64,000 nt of DNA from Candidatus Eiseniibacteriota bacterium (GTDB taxonomy: Bacteria > Eisenbacteria > RBG-16-71-46): assembly GCA_963744995.1 (NCBI GenBank), contig CAVUWA010000002.1, positions 640,001 through 704,000 on the forward strand. Reading direction: 5' to 3'. Numbering within the stretch: position 1 is the stretch's first letter; every line of letters starts with the position of its first letter. A model generated the notes under the pieces. It was given only the letters and a program-made list of their open reading frames with translations. It was not told the origin of the DNA and ran no database searches. Positions 47,338 to 55,435 of this stretch are shown piece after piece. Made by a program: the position numbers and the translations under genes.

Positions 47338-48364
47338 CTAATCGGCCAGCTGTCCCGACTCGCCGGGGACGATCTCCACGAGCATCTTCTCGCCACCGCG
47401 CAGGACGGCGAGGCGGCTCTTCACGCCGATGTGCTCGTGCGTGAGCAGCCGGTGGAGGTCGTCGACGCCGGTGATCGGCTGGTCGTTGAAGCCGATGACC
47501 ACGTCGCCTTCCCTGAGACCCGCGACCGCTGCCGGGCTGCCGCTCTCGACGTGCACGACCATCAGCGCCGAATCGCCGTCGAGCCCGTGCGCGCGCACGA
47601 TCGGCTTGCGGAGCCGCACCATGTGGCCGCCGATGCCGAGTTGAGCGCGCTTCACGCGGCCGTCACGGATCAGGTGCGCGGCCACGAAGCGGGCCGTGTT
47701 CACCGGAATCGCGAAGCACAGGCCCTGCGCCGGCAGAATGACCGCGGTGTTCACGCCGATCACGCGCCCGCACGAATCCACCAGCGGCCCGCCCGAGTTG
47801 CCGGGATTCAGCGCCGCGTCGGTCTGGATGACGTTGTCGATCAGGCGGCCCGATTGCGCGCGCAGCGTACGGCCGAGCGCGCTCACGACGCCGGCCGTGA
47901 CCGTGGCCTGGAAACCGAACGGATTGCCGATCGCGATCACCACCTGGCCGGGACGGAGCGTGGCCGAATCGCCGAGCTCGACCGCGGGCAGGTCATCGGC
48001 GCTCACGCGAATCACCGCGAGATCCGTTTCGGGATCGTCACCGACCGGCGTCGCGGGCAGCGTAGCGGCCGTCGGGCAGCGCCACCTCGAGCCTCTGCGC
48101 CTCGTGCACGACGTGGCTGTTGGTGAGGATCAGCCCGTCCGGGGTGAACACGAACCCCGAGCCGCTGCCGCCGCGCCGCGGCTTGCCGCCCTCGCGCCCG
48201 CGGCGCACGTCGATCTTCACGACCGACGGGCCGACCGCATTGACCGCACGCATGACCGCGCGCGAATAGGCATCGAGCATGTCGCCGTCGGACGCGGGCG
48301 TGCCGGGGGTTCCAACGCCGGGATCGCCATCGTTCGACACCATCTGAATCCAGGGTTCCATCAT
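47338..48364 (-). pseudogene. HtrA/DegP-like trypsin serine protease with PDZ domain, split by +1 frameshift at about 48064
   Basis: '[18 protein letters not shown]' in one frame; 'DLAVIR..AIGNP..QTDAALNPGNSGGPL' + PDZ in another; deleting base 48064 gives [22 protein letters not shown]. Confidence 0.88.
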
Positions 48365-48724
48365 GCCCTCCGGGCTGGGACGGGAAGGTCGACCGTGCCT
48401 TCTTCGATGCAGGGCGGTCCGAAAGGTCGCCGTGGGGGGGGCGCCGCAGCCGCGAAGGCCGCCCGCACGGGCGCTCCGGCCGGGTCGGACCGTCGCGACC
48501 GCATGTCCGCCCGGGTCGCGCGGCCGCGGGGGTTCCCGGGGCGGGCAGCGGGACCCGGCGATCATGGCGCGGGCGGTTGCGCGTCTCCTGGCCTGTCAGA
48601 CGGTCATCCGGGAAGCCCGGGTGTCAGCCGCGCCCGCGCCGGCGGGCCGGGCGGCACGCCGCCTGCGCACCCGTGGCATGCGTGGCCGCAAGCGCTTCGC
48701 GCATCCGGCGCGACACCCGGCCCC

Positions 48725-48741
48725 GGGGCACACGCTATGCA
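48725..48741 (+). promoter_or_regulatory. Putative sigma54 promoter
   Basis: GGGGCACACGCTATGCA: GG-N10-GC about 100 nt upstream of the peroxidase gene. Confidence 0.5.
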
Positions 48742-48839
48742 TGAATCCGCCGTACTCCGCGGGCGTGACCGCACGGCCGTCGCTTCGATCGTGACGACCT
48801 GCGTCTGCTGATCCCCAGTCAGGCTCGAGGAGGCCAGGC

Positions 48840-49874
48840 ATGAAACTCACCCACGCGCTGTCGGCGCTCGCGGTGGCGGGCGTGCTCGCCGCGGCCACCG
48901 TGTCCGCCATGGACGCGATCCCCAGGACGCCGCCCGTTCCAGGCGACAATCCGATGACCCCGGCGAAGGTCGAGCTCGGGCGCAAGCTGTTCTTCGATCC
49001 GCGCCTCTCGGCGTCGGGCACCGTCTCGTGCAACTCGTGTCACAACGTGATGGAAGCCGGCGAGGACGATCGTGCGACCTCGCTCGGCGTGATGGGCCGC
49101 GAAGGCGTGCGCTCGGCGCCCACGGTCTGGAACGCAGCATTCCTCACGGTGCAGTTCTGGGACGGCCGCGCTGCGACGCTCGAAGAGCAGGCCAAGGGGC
49201 CGATGGTGAATCCGGTCGAGATGGGCATGCTCGATCACGCCTCGGTCATGAAACGCATCGCCTCGATTCCCGGCTACCGCGAGGAGTTCAAAAAGGCGTT
49301 CGGCGGCGCCGATCCGCTGACCATCGACAACGCGGCACGGGCGATCGCGAGCTACGAGCGCACCCTGGTGACGTCGAACAGTCCGTACGACCGTTATATG
49401 GCCGGCGACAAGAACGCGCTCTCCGCCGAGGCGGTGCGCGGTATGCACAAGGTCGAGTCGATCGGCTGCACGACGTGCCACAACGGCCCGGTGTTCGCCG
49501 GCCCGGCCGGAACGATCGGCAAGGGCTTCTTCATGAAGTTCCCACTCATCCCGGGCACCGTGTACGAGAAGCAGTACCGGCTCGCGCGCGACGGCGGCCG
49601 CTACAACGTCACCCACAAGGAAATCGACCGCGACTCGTGGCGCGTGTCGCAGTGGCGCAACATCGCGATCACCGCGCCGTACTTCCACAACGGTTCGGTG
49701 GCGACGCTCGACGAGGCCGTGAGGGTCATGGCGAAGACCCAGCTCGACAAGGATCTCGCGGATCAGGACGTGAAGGACATCGTCGCCTTCATGAACGGCC
49801 TCACCGGCGAGTTTCCCGCACAGCAGATGCCGCGGCTGCCGGCGATGCCGATGAAGAGCGTGCTGGACGACTGA
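48840..49874 (+). CDS. Di-heme cytochrome c peroxidase (CCP/MauG family)
   Basis: Signal peptide; 'LGRKLFFDPRLS', CNSCH and CTTCH heme motifs, 'QFWDGRA', 'TAPYFHNGS'. Confidence 0.95.
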   Translation: MKLTHALSALAVAGVLAAATVSAMDAIPRTPPVPGDNPMTPAKVELGRKLFFDPRLSASGTVSCNSCHNVMEAGEDDRATSLGVMGREGVRSAPTVWNAAFLTVQFWDGRAATLEEQAKGPMVNPVEMGMLDHASVMKRIASIPGYREEFKKAFGGADPLTIDNAARAIASYERTLVTSNSPYDRYMAGDKNALSAEAVRGMHKVESIGCTTCHNGPVFAGPAGTIGKGFFMKFPLIPGTVYEKQYRLARDGGRYNVTHKEIDRDSWRVSQWRNIAITAPYFHNGSVATLDEAVRVMAKTQLDKDLADQDVKDIVAFMNGLTGEFPAQQMPRLPAMPMKSVLDD

Positions 49875-50034
49875 GCGGCGGCTTCCTGCGATGCGCGACC
49901 CGGGCGGGCCCCGATGACGGCCCGTGCGGGCGCCGTCGCGCCCGTGGGGGCGGTGCATGGCCGCCCCTTTCGGGCCCGGGCCGGACTCCGGCCCCGAGGT
50001 GATGAGAGCGGCGGTTCCGGACGATAATCCCCGC

Positions 50035-52128
50035 ATGTCCTATGTCCTTCCCGTGACCGCCGTCCTGCTCGGGCCGCTCGCGCTCGCGCTGTGGTCGCAC
50101 CGCGTGGCGATCCGGCCGCGCGCGGATGGGGCGGCGCCGTCTCTGTTCGCCTTCACCCAGCGCACCCAGTGGGCGGCGCTGCTGGCGCTGATCTTCTGGA
50201 TTCCCCTGTGTTTCGGATTCGGGGGCCGGGACGCGCCGGGCTTCCTCCATGAAGCTCTCTCGCGCGGCATCGCCCGCCCGTGGGCCGGAGCGCTCTGCGC
50301 CGGACCGCCGTTGCTGGTCCTCGCCGTCATCGGGCTGCTCAGCCATGACATCGCGCGACGGGCCGGACTCACCGACTGGCCCTGGCGCGCCGCCCTGATC
50401 GACGCGCTGCGCCTGGTCGGCGGCGGGGTGGTCGCCATCACGCTGGTGCTGGCCGGTGTCGGCGCCTACGTGCACGGCGACGCGCGGATCGGACTCGCGG
50501 CCATGCTCGGCGGGATCGTGACGGCGGGGATCGTCGGTGGTGCGCGCCGCCGCGCCGCCGGGCTCACCCCCTATGCGATCACCAGCGGCGAGCTGCGCGA
50601 TCACGTCTTCGCGCTGGCCGCGCATGCCGGGGTGGGCCTGCGCCAGCTCTACGTGGTGCCGTTTCGCCGCTTCCGCCTGGCGAATGCGTTCGCGGTGCAG
50701 GGACGCGCCGTCATGCTGACGGATCAGCTGATCGAACGGCTGGACCGCGACGAGGTCGACGCCGTCCTGATGCACGAGCTGGCCCACCTCTCGCGCAACG
50801 ATCCGGCCCGGATCATGCGCGCGCTGCTCGTCGCGGGCGTGGCGATCGGCGTTCCGCTCTCGCTCCTCGGTGCCTGGACGCTGTCGATCGTGCTGCCGAT
50901 TGCGCTGATCGGTTACTACGCCTATCGCCGACGCATCGAGTACGCGGCCGACGCGCGCGCGCTCGGCCTCGGCGCGCACCCCGAGGCCATGGTGACGGGG
51001 CTCGCGCGGCTCGGGGCCATGGCCCAGGTGCCGGTGCGCTGGAGCGCGGCGCGCGAATGGCTGCTGACGCATCCCTCGCTCGAGCGCCGTGCCCGGAGGC
51101 TCGCCGCGGCCGCCGGTGCGGACCCGGAGGCTCTCATCGTGCTTGCCGACGCGCCGCCTTCCGGTGGCGAGCGCTGGACCATGCCGTCGGCGCTCACGTC
51201 TCCGGCTGCCTTCAACAGCGAGTTCCGGCGCGCCGTCGTGGGCAGGCTGAGCTGGTGGGTCCTGCTGGCGACCGTCGTCGCACCGGCCGGAGTCGTCGCG
51301 GCCGTCATCCGGCTCGAGGCGTCGGACCTTCTGTGGACGCCGCGGGTCGTGGCGTTCGCCGCGGCGGTGGCCGCCGCCCTTGCGGCGCGGACGCTCACGC
51401 AGGCCTTCGTGGGACACCGGCCCATGCTCGTTCTGCGCCGAAAGGTCGAGCCGCGCCTGCGCGCATCGATCCCGGCCGAAGCGGATCCGACGCAGACCTT
51501 CTTCGTGGGCCTTGCTCCGGGCGACCTGCCTCGAATCTACGAAGGATTCGCCGAGTGGGACGTGGGGAGCCTCGCCGTCACGACCGGGCGCTGCATCTAC
51601 TCGGGCGAGGCGGTGCGCTTCGCGCTCGCGCCCGATGAGGTGCGCCGGCTGTGGATCGACCGGCGTCTGCCCCCATGGGGCCGCATGCCGATCGTCCGCA
51701 TCCACTGGGAGCGTGCGAACGGGGCGGGCGGGACCTTCGGGCTGGTGCCGATCGGCATGACCAACCCGTTCGCGGCCGGAGCCGAAGCACGCCGGCTGCT
51801 GACCGCGCTCGAGGCCTGGCGTGCCGCCCGGCTCGAGCCGGCGGCGCAGCTCCCGGACTTCCCGGCGCCCCCGACCATGGAAGTGACGGGCACGCCGCCC
51901 CGCGCACTGGTCCAGGCGAACGCGATCGTGATGACGTGGCTCATCCAGATCGTGCTCGCCTTCGCGCTCGGCCTCGCGTTCGGGGTGCCCGGCCATCCCT
52001 TCACGCTCGGGGCGTTCGACATCGCACTGGCCGCCGTGCTGGTTCAGGCGCTCGGTGTGGGGCCGTTCCTCCTCTACCGCGAGCCCGCGCGGGGCGACGC
52101 GCCGCAGCCGGACTCGCGAGCGGCCTGA
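50035..52128 (+). CDS. M48 (HtpX/Ste24-like) membrane metallopeptidase with long C-terminal extension
   Basis: 'NAFA', HELAH (HExxH), 'EYAAD', 'THPS...R'; many TM helices. Confidence 0.85.
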   Translation: MSYVLPVTAVLLGPLALALWSHRVAIRPRADGAAPSLFAFTQRTQWAALLALIFWIPLCFGFGGRDAPGFLHEALSRGIARPWAGALCAGPPLLVLAVIGLLSHDIARRAGLTDWPWRAALIDALRLVGGGVVAITLVLAGVGAYVHGDARIGLAAMLGGIVTAGIVGGARRRAAGLTPYAITSGELRDHVFALAAHAGVGLRQLYVVPFRRFRLANAFAVQGRAVMLTDQLIERLDRDEVDAVLMHELAHLSRNDPARIMRALLVAGVAIGVPLSLLGAWTLSIVLPIALIGYYAYRRRIEYAADARALGLGAHPEAMVTGLARLGAMAQVPVRWSAAREWLLTHPSLERRARRLAAAAGADPEALIVLADAPPSGGERWTMPSALTSPAAFNSEFRRAVVGRLSWWVLLATVVAPAGVVAAVIRLEASDLLWTPRVVAFAAAVAAALAARTLTQAFVGHRPMLVLRRKVEPRLRASIPAEADPTQTFFVGLAPGDLPRIYEGFAEWDVGSLAVTTGRCIYSGEAVRFALAPDEVRRLWIDRRLPPWGRMPIVRIHWERANGAGGTFGLVPIGMTNPFAAGAEARRLLTALEAWRAARLEPAAQLPDFPAPPTMEVTGTPPRALVQANAIVMTWLIQIVLAFALGLAFGVPGHPFTLGAFDIALAAVLVQALGVGPFLLYREPARGDAPQPDSRAA

Positions 52129-52240
52129 GCGTCGCGGGTTGCCCGCGACCGGAGCGGGCGATAGCATGCGTGTCGCGCTGCGAACGCATGCGCGCGACCG
52201 TCCGCCGGTCACCGACACCGCATTTCCGGAGCCCCATTCC

Positions 52241-54277
52241 ATGCACACCATCCAGCCCGCCCGACTGAAGCCGGGCGCGACGATCGACGCGCTGCCCGGC
52301 GCCGCGGCTGCGGCCGGCGTCGCCGGCGCGACCGGCGGCGAGATCCGCGGCAGGGCGCTCATCTTCTGGGACCCGAAGAAGCCCGGGCAGAAGCTCGACG
52401 CGATCGACACCGACCAGATCACGCCGACCACCGACTGCGTCTCGGAGAGCCTCGACACGCTGGACGAGCGCTGGAAGGCCGGCGCATTCCGGCACCTGAT
52501 GCCGGACTTCAGGAAGCGCGTGCACGCGGGGGAGACGTTCATCATCGCCGGCGACCGCTTCGCGATCGGCTCGTCGCGCGAGATGAGCCCGGCCGGGCTC
52601 AAGGGCATTGCCGAGGAAGTCGGCCTGCAGATGGTGATCGTCTGCGGCAACAACATGGGCGACATCTTCCGGCGCAACGCGTTCAATCTGGGGCTCCACG
52701 TCGTGCAGAGCCCGGACGCGGTCGAGGACGCGCAGGACGGCGACAGGTTCCGTTTCGATCCCGACAGCCGCAGGCTCACCAACGAGACGCGCGACCGCAC
52801 CTACGAACCGGTGCCGCTCACGCCCAAGGAGGACGAGATCCGGCGCTCGGGCGGGATCTTCAACACCGGGCGGCGCGAACTCCGGACAGCGGTCGAGACG
52901 AAACCGGCGATCGTGTGGCCCGACGCGACGCTGGCGCAGCGGATGACCACCACCGAGCAGATCGTGTGGGCGCACCGGGTGGACAGGAACGCCGAGGTGC
53001 GGCCGGGCGCGACGCTGCGCGTCTACGCCGATCTGCTGCCGGCCTCCGACGGCACCGCGCCGTTCGCGATCCACACGTTCAACCAGATCACCGGCGGGAA
53101 CACGATCTTCCCGCGGCAGATCGCGATCGCCAACGACCACTTCGTGTTCACCGGCAAAGAGGCGGACGACCGGCAGACCGCCATCGGCCGTGACTTCGCG
53201 AAGATGAACGGCATCGAGAAGCCGTACTACGCGACGCCCGGCGACGGGATCTTCCACTTCTATTTCCCCGAACAGGGGCTGGTGATGCCGGGACAGTTCA
53301 TTCCCGGCGCCGATTCGCACAGTCGCGCCTACGGCGCGTACGGCGCGGTCGGCATGGGGGTGGGTTCGACCACGCTCGGCTTCGGCTGGTCGACCGGCTA
53401 CATCTACTTCACGCTCCCGCGGCAGCGCCGCGTCGTGTTCGCGGGCGAGCTGCAGCCGTGGGTGAGCGGCAAGGACATCGTGCTCGAGCTGCTGCGCCGC
53501 TGGGGCGCGCGCCAGTCGCAGGGCATGTCGGTCGAGTTCGTGGACGCCGCGAAACAGCTGCCGATCGGCTACCGCAACACGATCTGCAACATGATGGCCG
53601 AGGGCGAGGCGATGAACGGCATCTTCGCCGCCGACGAGATCACCTACGCGTGGTACCGCGACAAGGGCATGGGCGAGCTCCCGTATCCGAAGATCCGGCC
53701 CGGCGCCGACGCGCACTACGAGATCGACCAGACGCTCGAGCTCTCCGAGGTCGTGCCGATGATCGCCAAGCCGTTCAGCCCCGGCAATGCGTTCCCTGCG
53801 GAAGACGTGGCGAAGGAGCGGATCACGTTCGACAAGGCGATGATCGGCTCGTGCACCAATGGCAGCTACGACGACCTGCTGTCGGCGGCGCTGGTGATCC
53901 AGGTGGCGCGCGCGCAGGGGGTGACGAAGGCGAAAACCGAGTTCGTGATCTTCCCCGGCTCGGGCGGCGTCGCGAAGCGCATCCGCGAGGCCGACCCGCG
54001 GCTTGACGGCCAGTCGATCGCCCAGGTGTTCGAGTCCGTCGGCGGCCAGATCCGCCAGTCGTGGTGCGGCCCGTGCTTCGGCCAGGGGCCCGATTCGCTG
54101 ACGCCAGGCCAGCGCGCGATCACCAGCTTCAACCGCAACTGGACGAACCGCATGGGCGTTGGCGGCGAGGGCTTCCTCGCATCCCCCACGGTGGTCGCCG
54201 CGAGCGCGCTGCTCGGCTACATGGGCCCGCCGAGCGAGCTGGGGCTGGCGTGGGAGGCGGAGGCGTTCGGAGTCTAG
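52241..54277 (+). CDS. Aconitase-family hydratase, fused small (swivel) + large subunit (LeuD-LeuC order)
   Basis: N-terminal 'IDTDQITP', 'FAIGSSRE', 'IFRRNAFNLGL'; C-terminal 'NDH', 'GADSHS', 'GSCTNG', 'CGPC', 'NRN...RMG', 'LASP'. Confidence 0.9.
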   Translation: MHTIQPARLKPGATIDALPGAAAAAGVAGATGGEIRGRALIFWDPKKPGQKLDAIDTDQITPTTDCVSESLDTLDERWKAGAFRHLMPDFRKRVHAGETFIIAGDRFAIGSSREMSPAGLKGIAEEVGLQMVIVCGNNMGDIFRRNAFNLGLHVVQSPDAVEDAQDGDRFRFDPDSRRLTNETRDRTYEPVPLTPKEDEIRRSGGIFNTGRRELRTAVETKPAIVWPDATLAQRMTTTEQIVWAHRVDRNAEVRPGATLRVYADLLPASDGTAPFAIHTFNQITGGNTIFPRQIAIANDHFVFTGKEADDRQTAIGRDFAKMNGIEKPYYATPGDGIFHFYFPEQGLVMPGQFIPGADSHSRAYGAYGAVGMGVGSTTLGFGWSTGYIYFTLPRQRRVVFAGELQPWVSGKDIVLELLRRWGARQSQGMSVEFVDAAKQLPIGYRNTICNMMAEGEAMNGIFAADEITYAWYRDKGMGELPYPKIRPGADAHYEIDQTLELSEVVPMIAKPFSPGNAFPAEDVAKERITFDKAMIGSCTNGSYDDLLSAALVIQVARAQGVTKAKTEFVIFPGSGGVAKRIREADPRLDGQSIAQVFESVGGQIRQSWCGPCFGQGPDSLTPGQRAITSFNRNWTNRMGVGGEGFLASPTVVAASALLGYMGPPSELGLAWEAEAFGV

Positions 54278-54509
54278 CGGTGACGCCCCGATGCGCTGGG
54301 GAAGGACGAGTCGCGGTGACGCGAAGCGGGCGAGGAACCCGGCCAGCCCGCCAGGCTTCGTGGGCGGGCATCCTGTGGCATGACCCGCATGCCTGCAAGG
54401 CATGAGATCCGGGAACAGCCCGCCGTTACGAACGAAGCCCGGTGCCGCCCGCACGCGCAAAGACCGGCCGCTGCTCGCGCCCGGAGACCATCGTTGCATC
54501 CGGCGCAAT

Positions 54510-54526
54510 TCGGCATGGAGCTTGCC
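54510..54526 (+). promoter_or_regulatory. Putative sigma54 promoter
   Basis: TCGGCATGGAGCTTGCC: GG-N10-GC with TTGC; upstream palindromes at 54388-54404 and 54494-54508. Confidence 0.55.
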
Positions 54527-54636
54527 ATCGTGCTCCACGACGGAAAGCCGGGGCAATCACCGGAGGCGGTTGTAAGATCCGCCGCGGTGCTTTCGCTGGT
54601 CCCATGAACCGCTGTTCATCAACACGGAGCAGGAAC

Positions 54637-55224
54637 TTGAAAAAGATCATACCGATGTCGTTGTTGCTGCTTGCGCTGGCCGCGTCCACGGCGGCGGCGG
54701 CGGGCACAGGGAACATGATCGTGGGGGGGATGGCCGGCGCGGGAATTCCGACGGGCCAATTCGGTGACGTCGCCGACGCCGGGTTCTCGGGCGGCGGGTT
54801 CGTCGAGTTCATGGCGACGCCGAATCTCGCTCTCGGCGTCGATGCCCTGTTCCACGGGCCTGGAGGCAAAGAGGCCTACATCAACACTTTCCCCAACTCC
54901 GTCGACGACGTGACCTTCGAGGTGCTCCAGTTCACGGCGCACGGACGCTGGATGTTCACGTCGGATCTTCCCGTCGTCCCGTACGCCATCGTCGGCGGGG
55001 GCGTCTACCATTTCACCGAGAAGTATCACGGCTCCCAGGTGTCCGACGACAGCAGCACCAAGGGCGGAATCTTCGGCGGAATCGGGGCGGAGTACGGACT
55101 GACCTCCATGCTTCGCGTCGGTGTCGAAGGCGACTGGCACGACGTGTTCACGCCGGGGGACAGCAGCCCGTGGTTCACCGTGCTGGGCCGGCTGTCGGTT
55201 TCCTTCCCGGTGCACGTTCAGTAG
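54637..55224 (+). CDS. Outer-membrane beta-barrel protein (OmpA/OmpW-like 8-strand)
   Basis: TTG start with GGAG/AGGA upstream; signal peptide; alternating beta strands, 'PYAIVGGG', 'G..GGIGAEY'. Confidence 0.82.
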   Translation: MKKIIPMSLLLLALAASTAAAAGTGNMIVGGMAGAGIPTGQFGDVADAGFSGGGFVEFMATPNLALGVDALFHGPGGKEAYINTFPNSVDDVTFEVLQFTAHGRWMFTSDLPVVPYAIVGGGVYHFTEKYHGSQVSDDSSTKGGIFGGIGAEYGLTSMLRVGVEGDWHDVFTPGDSSPWFTVLGRLSVSFPVHVQ

Positions 55225-55239
55225 TCCGCAATTCCCACG

Positions 55240-55271
55240 GGGCCCGGTCGCGATCCGACCGGGCCCTTCGT
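55240..55271 (+). terminator. Hairpin terminator
   Basis: GGGCCCGGTCG-CGATC-CGACCGGGCCC followed by TTCGT. Confidence 0.6.
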
Positions 55272-55435
55272 GCGTCTGCCTCCACGCTCCGGCGGCGCGC
55301 ACCGGCCGCTCCGGCCGCTCGTCGCCCCGCCTGCCGCGCCGGTCCCGCGGCGGCGCGCGACAGCGGGATCCGCGTTAGGCTGCGCGAAAGTCGGTCGCGC
55401 CACGCTCCGGCCCTCCGCCCGAGAAAGGAACTCCC

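Noticed and set aside
49801..54556. 999-aa and 851-aa minus-strand ORFs
   Set aside because: Shadows of the M48 peptidase and aconitase-family genes
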